Part shown: positions 11,580-24,439 of the stretch, piece by piece
Numbering within the stretch: position 1 is the stretch's first letter
Layout of the letters: the number at the start of each line of letters is the position of its first letter
Assembly: GCA_036172245.1 (NCBI GenBank)
Contig: JAYWIR010000021.1
Span: forward strand, 2,790,001 to 2,854,000
DNA: 64,000 nt
Direction of reading: 5' to 3'
DNA from: Raillietiella orientalis
Lineage: Eukaryota
Translations under genes and position numbers: made by a program
Notes under the pieces: generated by a model
The model's input: the letters and a program-made list of their open reading frames with translations, nothing else
Told to the model about the DNA's origin: nothing
Databases searched by the model: none

Positions 11580-12207
11580 TGGCATCGAGGCTGGCTGCGT
11601 GGCACCGAGCATTGCGGGTTCGAACCTGGTCCGGGGAAGGATCGACCCTCCGAGAAAGGAGTGTATCGTGGGTTTCGTGTCTCCCCAGCAGGATGACGCC
11701 TATTGACCTACAGGCTTCGGGCGTGACACTGGTGGAGTCCAGAAATCCCCGGATGGCCTCCACTGACTGGCCTGGATGGGGAGTTGACCTTTCGGGGTCC
11801 TTCCAGGAATCAAGCCCTTCGTGGTTCCTTCTTTCCAGTTTGTGCAAACAAAGACTGATCCCCCTTCCTCTCGGGGGATCCTCCATAGCGTTTCCATGGA
11901 GCTGGTTGATACTCCTCTCGGGGGATTTCCTCTCCAGAGTGTAAGAGCGCCGCTCCCTTCGGGGAAGCGCCCTTCAGAGAAATTGGGAGGCGTCCCTTCG
12001 GGGTTCTCCTCAGAGAAGTAACAAGGAGCGATTTCCTTGCAGGTGTGCCTTTCGGAGAATTCCAGGAGCCGATCCTTTCCGGGTTCCCTTCGGAGAAGAA
12101 ATGAGGGAGAGGACAAACTTACCACAGCAAACTGGGGGACCCTTACGGAGAGAATAAGGAAGAGGAGGTTCCCTTCGGTCTTTCCCTCCCAAGCCTAAGA
12201 GGAAGGT
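11580..12207 (+). mobile_element. tRNA-headed SINE-like repeat, copy A
   Basis: A-box-like TGGC..GG and B box GGTTCGAACC (11617-11626); colinear blocks shared with copies B and C (gatgacgc, cactggt, ccaggaa, cccttc, gatcctttccgg, gagaa.aaggaag). Confidence 0.65.
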
Positions 12208-12217
12208 GAAAATAAAA

Positions 12218-12815
12218 GATCGACCCCTGAGAAATGGAGGTGCGTCGTGGATTCGAGTTCCCCCCGCAAGATGACGCTGATTGTTCTCTACTCTTGTGTG
12301 GCACTGGTGAAAACCGGAAACCGGATGCCCCCGTTGAGTGGTTGAGATTGGGAGTCGATCCTCCAGGACCCCTTCCAGGAAACAGAATCAGGGAGTCCAG
12401 TTTCCTTTGGAGTTCCTCTTCGCTTGTGCAGATGGAGCCGTCCACCCACCTTACCTACCCTTCCCTCGGAAAAGACCCCCTTTATCTCGTACCATGGAGC
12501 TGGTGGATTGATACCTCTCCGGAGTCCAAGAAGCGTGCTGTTCTTTTCGGGAAGCGACCCTTCAGAAAAAATTCGGAAGCCTCCCTTCGGAGTTCTCTTC
12601 AGAGGAGGAACAAGAAGCGGATCCTTTCCGGAGGGTTCCTCCGGAGAAGAGACAAAAGAGAGGCTCCCTCTGAGGGGTTCCTCTGAGGGATTCCTCTGTA
12701 GAGAACAAGGAAGAGATTCCCTTCAGGGATCCCTCCCAAGCGTGAGAGAAACGGATCACTTCCTCTGGAGCCTTCCTGGATTCATAGGACGGTCCCTTCC
12801 AAAGGTTCCCCTATC
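12218..12815 (+). mobile_element. SINE-like repeat, copy B (tandem, lacks the first head)
   Basis: Starts gatcgacccctgagaaatggag like copy A at ~11640; shares the tail gatccctccc..gcgtgagag..ccttcctggattca with copy C. Confidence 0.65.
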
Positions 12816-12849
12816 TTGAAGAGTCACATGCACCCTCGGGTGGATGGAC

Positions 12850-13640
12850 AGTGTGTTTAAGCGCTCTGTGAGCCCCCAGGCGAACGGTTTTTAGAGAACC
12901 AAAAAAAAAAAAGGAAGCTGTTGCTTGGAAGAGTGCATGCAAAGAGAAATCCTTCTCCTGTCCTTGGTTTCTCCAGCTCGGAGAGTCTCTCGAGTTGACG
13001 AACAGCAGCAACTCGGTGCTCAGAAAAGCGCCAGAGGTTCGAAAAGACTCTCCATCCAGCAGCCGCTTCAACAGCTCCACGCATCCACTTTGATTGCTGT
13101 GTCGCCCTCAAGCTTTTTTGTCCAGCGCTGGTGGTTTTGTGTGTACTGCTTTGCAAGATGTGCATCTTCTCCGTTTTCCTTAGCAGTTATCTCGTCCCAG
13201 AGCTCCGGTAAGAGGACAGTTCATTTTCCGGAATTCTCCCTGTACGCTAGTTACTCCTGATGAAAAGCCACTCCCCAACTAATTTCACGCGAAGGCTCTC
13301 TCTCTCTGGATTTCCCAGTTTTCTTCTTTCCTCCTCCCCCCCTCTTCGGATCTTCTATGCCTCCTGTTTCATTTTTGCTTCTCGGAGAAGCTCCCTTTGG
13401 GCACGGGCAACACGACCCCTTCTTCTTCAGCGCCTCTCATCACCGCTGTTTCTGGGATCCTTGACGAAGGAATGGGACTAATTTGTTTTTTATGCTCTTC
13501 GAAAAGCGCGTTCCTGTAGCGTTCCTTCTGGGAATCGAGGAAAATTCCACCTGGGAAAGAGGACAGCTTCGGTTTGCCCAGAGGAAGGGCGTTTCTAGTA
13601 TCGCCTTCCTCGCGTGTGCCCCAAGTTTCAACTAATCAAG
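12850..13640 (-). mobile_element. Decayed hAT transposase fossil, N-terminal half
   Basis: Degenerate BED finger (~13500-13575), GEFRKM (~13230), KQYTQ..KKLEGDTAIKVDAWS (13074-13150; first catalytic Asp, D.WS). Confidence 0.6.
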
Positions 13641-14299
13641 ATAATCAGAAAACGAAGAGCAAGCAAAGGAAAACAAAAGGGGGAAGGAACTTGAAGTGGG
13701 ATAATTGTTAATTTCTCGCCAGACAGATCTGCAGATGTGCATTTGTTTTTTGTGTGTTATTTTCCTATCGATCTGCTGACAAGGAAAAGGAGGACAGCAG
13801 ACGTTTTCTTGCTTTCTTGCCCGTGAAGAAATGGCCTCCGCTTGGAAACGATTGTACACGGCACAGCCAGCAGACGTCTCGCCTGGGAACGCACCTTTGG
13901 GAGGAGACGAAGCCATCGATACACTCGCGATTACAGTGAAGAGATTGCAGCAGACTTCAAGGAATTCATTCCTCTCCGAGATTTAATCTTATGATCCCAG
14001 TTTGATAAATCTCGTGCCTTGTAAAAAAAAAAAGCTAAAAAAAAAAAGCAATTTCAAAAAGATAGCAGGAAGGAGAGTCTGCAGGGAAAGATCTTCCTGC
14101 GACTTGGTGAATCAATGGCTCAGGCTGACGAAAATGCTCCCCGCGAGAGCAGAAACAGTAGGAGAGACCCTCAGGCGCTTCTCACGAAGGATGACATTCT
14201 TGCCTATTTTGTTTGTCCTGATCTTCCGGGATCAGATGAGCATTGGGCAGCATGAAAAGTGTCTTTTTTAGCCTCCCTTTTTGTAGCATCTGGAAGGTC

Positions 14300-15500
14300 C
14301 TCCCTCATTAGAAGCAATTGCAAAAAAAGTTTTCCATGAACTTCGCGAAGATTCTCGGGAGGGCAGCGGCTCTTCTGCGGGTGTATCCCCGTCCCTCGCT
14401 CAAGTGGGACGTTCCGAGTCCGAATAGGGGATAATTCGGCTGGATTTCCAGAAGGAAAATGTCCTCCCCAAAGGTTTTTTTGTCGTGTTTCCCCACTGCG
14501 ATCTGCCTTAAAAGTGGCTTCCTCGTGACCGACTAGGCATCCTTTGAAAGTTTGAGCAGCTGGACATCTTTATGGAATGGATGCGGTCTTATGGCTGCAA
14601 TCAGCATGAGAAAAAAGGAAAAGGAAGAGTCCTGGTGAAAGGAGAATCGCTTCTCCGGAACGCGTGCTCCTCCTCCTGTTTCGAAAGCATAATTCTTAGC
14701 TCGTCCCTTTTCCTCTCTTGTCCCGGGAAGCCTTTTCCTTCTCCAAGGAGCGTCATCACGGCTCATTCGGCGCCTCCTTTCTGCTTAGACGATGAGCGCT
14801 GCCGGCTTCGCTCTGGACATCCCTTATGGCTGTTTTTCTGCGTCTTTCTTGTGTTCCTTCGCCATTGTTCGAACCTTCCCTGGTGTGGGACGATCGCGAG
14901 AGAACCCAAGAGAGGCACTTCCTGAGAAAAAAATCCTCCCTGGATGGGAAACAAAGGGATAAGAAGTCATTTGTTGGCGTTGGGAATAGGTGGGATGGCG
15001 TGAGGTGCTTGGGTCGCCCTCTCCTTCCTTTTACCTCCAGAAGGGCAGCTGCTCTTCCACTTCCCGATGGTCTTCCCCTGGCTCGCACGATGGAAAATCC
15101 CAAGATCCAGAGACCAAAATTCGAAACCTCTTGTTCCTCTCCTAACAGGTAGCTTCCTCAAGGTGCCATACTTGCAGCAAGAAGTGTTCGAATAGATGTG
15201 TAAATCCCCTGAGATGCGCACCCGTTGGGTCTCAGGTGAATTGCGAGAAAGGAACTCTTGCAGTGCAGCAGAGGAAGGGAGGTGGCCTTTGACAGAGACA
15301 AAGGGTGTAGTTTCGAAACCCCAAAGGCCTAAAGAGTCAAGCCTTATTCCTCAGCGAAAAATTCCTCTGGAACTGTATGCTATTTACCAAACGGAAGCGC
15401 TAAGATCAACAGACTCACCAATGGTCGAAGAGCAATGGCCGTATAGGAAACTCTCCTGTGCCCGGATCGTTCTGGAATGATGAGGCTGTTCCTCGGGAGG
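14300..15500 (-). mobile_element. Decayed hAT transposase fossil, C-terminal half
   Basis: GCASQGI (~15215), GKWKSS..LLEVK (~15050), AAIRPHPFHK (~14585), FWKS/NYPL..TPA..RIFAK (14340-14460), in the correct order. Confidence 0.6.
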
Positions 15501-16499
15501 AAAAATCATCATTCCCTTTGAGAAGATTCTGAGCAGGTTCTACTCTTCAGAGAGTCCAGAAATCCACTCGAGAAAAAAGAGGAAAGAGCACATCCTTCAT
15601 GACGAGCATCGCTCGTCGTCATTCGCTACTAATTCTTAACTTGGCTGGTGAATTATGGCGTGCTGGCGCTTCCCTTGGCTTGGTTTCCGTCACGCAATGC
15701 ATTTGGCTGACGAGTGCTCTTCCTTTAGGAAAGCTGTCCACATGGTGATGAAAAAGCTCCTATGAAGTGTTCAGGGGGAAAAAATAATGAATGGCGCTCC
15801 TTAGATTCCTGGACTTCTTCCTCGATCCTCCGAGCTTTCCGTTCTCACTTTCACTTCCTTTTCCCCTGTTTTATTATCCTGAAACCACGAATTTCGAACC
15901 GTGGATCGGCAGACATTACTCAGAATTAACGAAAGGAGGGAAAGGAGTTGGTACCTGAAAAAGTCTGGTTTGATCTGAATGCGAAGAAGAGAGAGGAATG
16001 TGGGAAGATTTGCCTTCGGATTCTCCCAGTGAATCTCAGAACGCCTCGAGAGAATTTCTGAACCACGGAGGCTCCGGTCTGAGTCATGAAGAGCCACAAA
16101 AAGCAACAGGAATGCCTGGAATCATCGCCTCTTTGTTCTGCTTCTCTCCTTCCAACAGCATCACTTTGTTGCAATCCTTTCCTGGCATTCTGGTAAGTGT
16201 GCGCTATCGTCAGAGGGCTCTTTGTCGTAAAGTACTTGGAAGCCTGCCTTGCATGCTTGTCTTCCTCAAGTACAGTCGCATGTACATGAGGCAGTAGGAG
16301 TAGGTTTCGGAATCAGGCTGAGGGATAATCGACCAACCCCGGACTGGGATGTGCAGAGGCTGGGCCAGAAACATCTCCCAGGAGGATTCTCTCATAGGCA
16401 GTCGAGGCCAACATCTCTCAGTACTGTCGTGCTCTCTGAGAAGCGTTATGTGGGGAACAAAAATGGATAAGCAGGAGGGCAAGAGAGAGACCCAGAGTT

Positions 16500-17400
16500 C
16501 CTCGCCAAGACATGATCTTTGCTTTGTGATCCTTCTGCAAAGAAGAACGAGGAATGATAAGGAAAATGTGGTCCTTATAGCCTTCACGGAAAACGCTTTT
16601 CTTACGCCAACGTTACCTTCAGAAGCAACATGGCTTCTTCCGAAAGCAATCACTGAAGGTAAAATAAAATGGAAGTTTTCCTCTGTATGCTCGTTTCATT
16701 TTCCACGCAGAGAAAGCAGAGAATTAGTGGGCGGTGCCTCGGGCAAAGATTTCATAACAACCGTGTTGTGCCTCCGACTTGTGCAGGGCGTGTTCGGGAG
16801 CTTCTACCAACTGTCTGTTTGTGTCCTTTCTTGCTACCACTTCGCGTACTGGATATTCTATGTCGAGGGATTCGCAGTAAGCCAAAGACGATGGGAAGCT
16901 GGTTTCTCCGAGTCAGGGAGGTCAAGATGATTTCACGCTACTGCAAAGGCTCTTGCAGCCGCAGGAGGAAACTATGGCTGGATGTCCAGAAAGTTTGCAC
17001 GATGCTTCCTGATCAGGAAGCCGATGGAAGAAAGAGCTTCACGAATTTACCTGCACTACGAAAGGCAAGCAGCTTCGCAAGAACTTTCAGGATTTTCGAA
17101 GAAGGGGGAGAACCCTGTTCCTCAAAGTTTCTTTTTCTGAATTGGAACTGAATGAACGAGTGGGGATCTCAAATTTCTCTTTTCTCATCAGATCACTAGA
17201 ATTTTGTTTCCTGCCACGCTGTGTCTGAATTAGTGGATGCTCCAGGTGACCCCATGCCTTAAATCTTCCTAAAAGCACAGCCGTGTCTTCTCCCTCATAC
17301 TTGAAGAAGCTGAAGAAGAGACCTGGATTCCAGGAGGAAGGAACGGATTTCTCCGAAATGGCAGATGCTTCAGGGAACACTCGTTGCTCCGCATGAAATA
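16500..17400 (+). mobile_element. Probable hAT fossil
   Basis: VTFRSNM (~16615), RCLGQRFH (~16735), KT/RW/GSW (~16890). Confidence 0.35.
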
Positions 17401-18149
17401 CCATGAATCATTCACAGCGCATTCCTTTGAAGACTCTGTTACTGCGGTCCTGATGTTCGTAGAAACCCTCATTCCCCACGGCACCCGGTGAGCACGTTCC
17501 ACCGCGCAGGAATCTGCCCCTTCCCTGGAAGTTAATTTCAGCGCAGGACCGAACCGGATTCTCAGCTCGTCGCAACAGAATCCTGTAGCTCTCAGCTTCC
17601 CATCGAGCCAGGATCCCCGCCCACCTCCAAGTCGCGGAATTACAACAGGGAAGTTTTACCTTGGTTTCTGATCATGTGCAACGCTCATGTGTGGGTCTCG
17701 TCTATAGTGATGCTGCTTCTCTCAGTGCTGTTGCTTTAAGGAAGACCTCAGGAAGGGACAAACTACTCTTTTATTCAGCTGCTTCTTGGAAATCTTTGCC
17801 ACTGCCGTTTCAGCTGATTTAACCAAGATTGACACCAGAGGAATCTCCTGAAGCGTTCATTGAAGCACTATTCCCTTCATCAGTGCACTCGAAAAGAGTG
17901 AGCTCTAGACAACTTTCGAAGGCTATGAAAGTTTCCGGAGATTTGAACACGAAGGAATTGTCAAAGTTGGAGAGCAGATTTTCTGCTTTTACACTCTAGC
18001 CGAGATATCTCCTCTGAACCGGAAGTTCCCTTTTCATCTTCCCGAGAAACGGTCGCCGAGGCGAAAACGTCGGATCTGGGTGCACGTCTGAATGTCTGCG
18101 TTTTGAGAAGTCAGCCCACTCGCTACGAAACTTCTTATCAGAAACCTCT

Positions 18150-18800
18150 TACTGACTACCCAATTTAATAGTGGATACTAACCAATCTGCTAGTGGATTC
18201 CCACCAGGGTCTGAGGTCAGAGTGCAGAATGCACAAGTGGACAGGGAAAGAGTTTCATCTCTTGCTGACATCCTATTCCAGGACATGGATCCCGATTTCC
18301 TCGTGTTCTTTCCCGTCCTCTCTTTACTCTCAGGAGTAGCCCCTAGTATCATGGATTGCAAGCGGTTGGCAGGGATCATTCTAGAGATTTCAGGGTCCGC
18401 ATGCAGTCTTTGGTGAACTTTTTCTATGTGAAAATCTCTGAAATCCAGAAAAACTCAAAACTTCTCTTCTACCGTTGTCGAACGCCTTGGGCGGGCAACT
18501 GCTCTTAGAACCATCAGCTAGGAAGTGAAACTTTCACTCGTGTAAGCCATGGGCACAGAAGACGCAATCTTTTTCGAGAGAGGAGCCCACCTCTGTTGCC
18601 TGCGTTTCTGTCCCTTCTCTTCCGTGCTTCGTGTCCTTCTTGCGCCCACTGAAGGATTCCCCTCCACCATCCACAAGCACGAGTTGAATTCGACAGCCCG
18701 TTTTGCCTTATGGGATCCAATCGCTCGTCGGTGGGTCATTTGTTAGATCGAAGCAATGAACGCCACCGAGCTGGTCACGGAAGGCTGTTTAAAAGTGATC
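18150..18800 (-). mobile_element. Decayed hAT transposase fossil
   Basis: VDGG..SGRKK and CVFCAHGL (~18545-18680); LE*DVSKR*NS (~18250-18282) equals LxQDVxTRWNS with CAG>TAG and TGG>TGA. Confidence 0.7.
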
Positions 18801-18879
18801 ACGATGGCTCGGGGGCGTTCTCAGGCGGACCACGTTCCTTTCGCACAGGACTCTCTTTGATTTTGCGCATAATTTTCGG

Positions 18880-19250
18880 ACTAGAGAAACCAACCTTCCA
18901 CATCTAGTCTCTTGCTCGGCGAACGGCCCCGTTGAAGAACCAGCAGCTTGTCTGGAGAGTTCTCCTCTCCCCTCATCTTGCGGTTCTGCAGCTTGGAGTC
19001 GGAGGAGCTTCGAGGATTCCCTACTTCAGAGAAGAGACATTCAGAGAAGTGGCACCTGCGTTCCGACGAACACGGCAGCCCGAGCAGCCTAAAAGGGCAT
19101 TTCATGCGGTCCTCATGAGAGGGGAAAGGCTTTCTTAGAAGCTCGTGCTCCAAGCCAACACCTTGAAAGGTCACAGAGCTGACCACAGCCATGACATCGG
19201 TTTCTTCCGCGAGCATAGGTTGAATCGTGGCGCCTCTGGTGAGAAGGTCT
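18880..19250 (-). mobile_element. Possible L1/Tx1-like 3' remnant
   Basis: RLLGLPCSSERRCHFSEC and CWFFNGAVRRARD*MWK; weak. Confidence 0.3.
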
Positions 19251-20899
19251 GTCATTTGCTCGTTGGCTTCCTTACTCCTTTCTAGAAGAGAATATCATTT
19301 TCTAAATAATTGGAGCGCGGTTTTCGTATGGTTCGCTCAATTTCCGTTTCATTTCGCTGTTGTGTATCGTGGCAGCATTTTATGCATTTCCACCCCGAGT
19401 TTGCTTCGTGATCGGCATAGAAGGAGACTTCTTTGAACATTTACAGCCACCCACTTCCTGCATTCACTTCCTCCGATAAGTAACGTTCGTAATATTTCTA
19501 TATACTCCAAACAGAGCTCATTTCTTCCTGGAGAGAGGGCATGTGTCACGGCGGATGCTGTGGAAGTTGCGGCATGATCACAAAAGGGCAGCTACAAAGT
19601 TCAGAGTGTTCTCCTCCGCACCTTTATCCTGCATCTTCGCCTTCCGACTTTAATCGAATGACTCTGCTTCTTATGGGCGTTCGAAATCGCTAATCAGCTT
19701 ACCTTTCTTTCACTCTGTCTTCTGCCTTGTAATTGATTTTTGCGACACAGCCCACTGACTCAATCCTTCTTCCAAGAAAGTTAAACAAGCTGAAGGGCAG
19801 CTGAATCGAAAATAGTGCAGGAGCCGAAGTGACTTGTTCTTTGGCTGCTCGAAAAAAAAAAAAAAAAAAAAAATGACCTCCGAGCTCCGTATCTTTTAAG
19901 ATGGCTTAATCTGATAAAATGAATTCGCAGCTCGGAAACCGCGGAGCGTTGAATCCTGCCTCCTTCTCTTCAAAAGGAAAAAATTGGACTTTGGGTGGAT
20001 CGCTTTCTCGCTCCTCATCATCTCAGATAGGGTTGTCACTTCCTCCCCCAATCCAAAGTCAGGCTTTTCAGATGAGCACTGCTAGAAGCTCTTGGACAGA
20101 ACATCAGCAGCCATCTATCGTGAAAAATAGCCGTTCTGCTCGGAACTCGGGATAAAACTGAAAGCTACAAAAAAGTGAGCTCCTTGGAAGTCGCTGACTT
20201 GAAGTAGCGCCGGATGCAGAAGAAAGACTAAGTAGATCTAGGCGGCATTGTTCATGCATTCGAAATCAATTTGTACCGAGGTCCTGCGGATGCTCCAAAC
20301 CAGGGAAACAGGAAAGAAAAGAAAGACTTCTGCAGCGAATTATCAGTTCGCTTTTCTGTCCAACCTTTCACTGAGATGCCTCCGCCCTGTTCTCGAGGAT
20401 AGTGTGCTTCCCTGACTCCTTTTTTTCCTTACCCCGCTGTCGGCATGGAGACAAGGTGCATGCTGCTGTTTCCGTAGAGTCCTTCTTCGAAATTTTCCTC
20501 TCCTGCAATGAACTGGGTTCGGCAAACTGATGATTGGTAGAATTTCAATCGTTTTTTCATCCGTTCGACCCGTTCTGGATTTACGAGATTAGATCTTCTA
20601 GTTGCGGAACCGGTCTCCAGGCAACCAGGAATTTTCTCTTCTCCTGATCTTCCCTCGCTCGCGTTACTTCTGCTTGCACCTGAGTTGACAATCTTCCCAC
20701 TTCCATGCAGATGCGCGGATCATTCAAAGTCTGGACTGATCCACAGTCTGGCCTGGATTGCATTCCTGCTTATCATTTGCTACGTTGTTGTTTTTTTTTT
20801 TTTTTGCATTTGGCTGCCATCTGACTTTGCAGTCTAAGAGGTTCTCTGAAGGCGGCACTCGTCCTGCTTAGCAGCAGCAACAAAAAGCAACAGGTAGGG

Positions 20900-21650
20900 G
20901 GGAAAACAGCGTGATCCTTGGACTGTGTGATAAGCAAGTGCAGAAAAATTGCTCCACGAGGCTGCTCTTGTCCTGCTTGTTTGGATTCCATGGCATAATC
21001 GGACTTGCTCCAGGAATCGTCTAATGCATATCATCTGCTTGGCTGCGGAAGACGGCAGACTATGAGGAAGAGAGTCTACCGATTGGGGGGGATTTGCATT
21101 CGCAAACTTTTCCCCCGTAATCTCTGGGTAGGAGAAACGAGTGTCCTCATCTTGCTCGGGACTGATGACTCTGCGGATAATCCCCGTTTTTTCTCGAACA
21201 CCTCTGTCCCCATCTCGACTCCCAAACTCTGAATCTGTGGCTCCGCGCTTCCAAAGTTTCCACGCTGTGGTCACGAAATTTTCCATTCGTCTCCGCAGCC
21301 TTTGCGCTCGTTTCATTTCCTCTGAAGCCACCGCCTCTAGAATCAAAGATGCCCTTATCACTGAAACCTTTCAGAGAATTCCAAAATGTTTGCCCTTTTG
21401 AGGGTGTCTTGAATATGAGCTGTTTTCCCATGTACGCTTCGCCTTTTGATCATAGTGTACTCATGTTTTGTTTACCTTTCTCTCGTGAGTACCACGAAGA
21501 CGATGCCCAGGAAAAGGAGCCTTTTGGAAAGCAGCCCGAGCAAGTCGTATGAATGCAACGCGCCTTCGTGTCACGGAGATGTCGGAAGTTCTCCAGAAAT
21601 CCATCAACAGCTTGTTCGTCCACACCAGCGAAAGAGTTTCTCAAGTCAGA
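20900..21650 (-). mobile_element. Decayed hAT fossil, dimerisation domain
   Basis: SLPSSAA....RRF...GIQTSRTRA fits LP.SSA..ER.FS..I.TK.RNRL (ORF 20834-21361). Confidence 0.5.
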
Positions 21651-21681
21651 GGAAATTACGAATTAGCGCTCTCAGGATGCT

Positions 21682-21705
21682 TATATATATATATATATAT
21701 ATATA
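21682..21705. repeat. (TA)n microsatellite
   Basis: Direct inspection. Confidence 0.95.
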
Positions 21706-22596
21706 AACGAGGTTTGGTTTGCACGTCTACAAAAACAACTACGTATGTTTTAAAATTTTCGTTCACCCCGCTTTCCTTATTTTTTGGAGTCAGAGCAACA
21801 GCTCTTTTTTCCCATTTTAATGAACCTCTTTTCTCCTTTTTCAATTTTCAAGAATTTTCAGCCATAATTGGCACTCCCGCGACTTGGAGACCAGCGGTCG
21901 AGTTCGAAAAACGGATGCGTGCTGTCTTTATCCATGTTTTTAACTGCGCAGCACCACTCTCACAAATTGGTACGAGGATGAGACAGGCATGAGAATGGGC
22001 AGAATCCTATTAGAGGTGCAAAAATATGCTGTCTTTATTACTTTCAAAGATGCAGGGTTCCTCCTTTGGAGGGAACTCGTATGCAGAATGGATGGAAACG
22101 AGGCTGATATTGCCGATTCGTGCCATCCATAGCATCATTCGCGAGTTGTACGTTCTGGGATGCTGGATCTCTTTGGACGGGATGTCACTCATAGTCGTGA
22201 GATGTTTTCGTCCGTTGATCCCGGGGACGCACTAGATGTAGCACTTGAGAAGATCTCTTCGAAGAAGCTGGAGTCGGGGTTCTGCTATTCCATAACGGCT
22301 CCTCCATTTTCAGAGGGCTGCAGAGGGCAAGCAGGAGGCGGCACAGGTTGTGGAGGTTCTCACTTTCCGAAGGGGTTCACTAGTGGGAGGGGGATCGAAT
22401 TCTCCAGGGAGATCATCACAAGCTGCAACCTCGTGCAAACAAAGGTTGTCATCTTCCACGGCCTGTTCCTCGGCGCGCGGCTCAGTGTTGATCGGCTCCG
22501 CTGCAAGATGTCCTGGAACACAGAGAGGGAACGGGACTGCGAACCGCATGCGCAGGCGGTACAATTGGAGCACTGAGCGTGGGGTTGGGGTTGGGG

Positions 22597-23350
22597 CTAG
22601 CTAGGCGGGGAGGGTCGAGCTTTGTCGGGGGGCAACGCATCCAGAGTCTTGGTGGATGGTTGGTACTCGATGTATTTAGCGAAGATATCTCTGGATGCTC
22701 TCGTGCCGGCAGCGATCATCCTGTCCCTAAGGACATTCGCGTGCGGCTCGGGTATGGCAAGGACTTCATCGTTCCCTGGGTTCCAGGCTCCCAGTGATGC
22801 ATCCACGAAAGCCATCCTGACGGAGTTGTGGAAATGCAGGGCAATCTGAGGAAACTTTTTGACTTTTTCTGCCCGCACAACTCTGAAGGAGTCCCGAAGG
22901 TTCTCAGAAGGGATGGCAACATCGATAAGGGCAGCCTGGGAGTCGTCATAGACAACAAGGTCGGCTCGGCGGGGGGAGGAGTTTGAATCGCCCACTTGTT
23001 GGTCGGTTTGAAGTCTGAGCCAGTAAGGCGCGAGACTTCGGCCAGTTCCTTAAAGACTCAGTTATGGACCTGCCAAGGTGGTATTGGCAGTGGGCAAGTA
23101 CGTGACAGAGAGATTCCTTGCACCAGATGCATCTTCCGCATCTCTCAAAGAATTCGGGGCGCTCCGTGTTTCCACCGAGCGGCGATAAGTTCAGCCACCC
23201 TCGGTGGATGAATCTCCAATCTGAAAAACACTTTCATCCTAGCCAAAAGACAGGGAAGCGAAGGGAGTTCCTTACGACTCTTTGTAAACATCGATCCACT
23301 CCTTGAAGACTGGTCGTCGCCTCGCAGACGATTTTCCAACAGCTTCAAGC
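22597..23350 (-). mobile_element. NeSL/Utopia-type non-LTR retrotransposon 3' fragment (CCHC knuckle plus restriction-like endonuclease)
   Basis: SDWRFIHRGWLNLSPLGG..RCGRCIWCKESLCHVLAHCQYH (~23080-23225), then RRADLVV..LIDVAIPSEN..RAEKVKKF..SLGAWNPGNDEVL..SRDIFAKYI; these are the DWRFIH, CCHC, PD-D-K, LGxWxPxND and SRDIY motifs of the clade. Confidence 0.9.
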
Positions 23351-24439
23351 AGCGGTGGAAGCTTCGAGCTCAGTTAAAAAAGCGTGGAAGTTCCCAAATA
23401 CAACCTCAGAGAGTAACGGTGGTGACCGCACCGTGACACGAACCCAAAATCCAATAGGCTTTCAGTTGCTCCTTAAAAACCCAGAGAGAAAGGAAAACAA
23501 AGGCAAACACATTCCAGGGAGTGGACGGCGCACTCTAATGTCATCTGATGCCTGATCTTCAAAGGCGCAGCTTCGGAATCACGGCATGTCAAATCAGCGA
23601 TAAGTTTAGATGAAGCGAGAAAGAGTACGCGGAGAGAAACTCAAATGAGGTTGTCGCTCAGTGTGGTGTTCGCGCTTTCCAAGAACAAACTTCCTTAACA
23701 TTACGTGACTCTCTTGGTAACACATGTAGATGACGTTCTTCTAATCGGCACGCAAAAGGAAATCCTGGGGTTCGGTGTAAGAACAAGAACTCCGATCCCC
23801 ATCTTCATTTTTCTGCTCCCCAAGCAAGCCTCGGGTGTTCCTAATGGGCTTTTCTTTGCTCCGTTTTGTCAATCATAATTTCGAAGATTCGGTTTTATTT
23901 CCCCGTCGCATGCAGGTGTGTGCTTGGAGGTCAATGTTTCATGCTGGTGAAAATTGTATTCTAATTCATGGAACCATTAAGCAGGGGCAGCAGTGTGGAA
24001 AGGATGGGGTGGACAAATAGAACGAGGGACATGGAATGGGGGGAAACTAACAGTTAAGGCTGAGTAACACAACCACCTAAGCAAGGCTTCCAGGCTCAAA
24101 TTGGCCACGAAAAAAAAAAAAAAGAGAGAAAAAAAAGGAAGGAGCAATCATCTTACCTGCTCCAATACATCTGATTTGACGGAAAGGTTCTTATTTTGCC
24201 ACTTGCTATTGCCAATTCAGCTGGCCACGCGATAAAATGCATTTTTAAAAGGTTTGCTCACCGTTGACAGATGAGATGAAGAAGAGCCGTTGCTAAAGAA
24301 TTTGTTGCCGGTGAGGATGTTTGAGGTTTATAGAATTATGGAATGACCCATTCTCGCGTAAAGTGGTCTTTTCTCATGCTTTGGTGAACTTGGAAGCTAA
24401 AGTTTTCAGTCTTAAAAATTTGCACTTTCAATACCCGTA

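Noticed and set aside
11580..11640. Functional tRNA gene (also 32521-32590)
   Set aside because: B box is present but there is no complete cloverleaf or anticodon arm; it is the head of a longer repeat.
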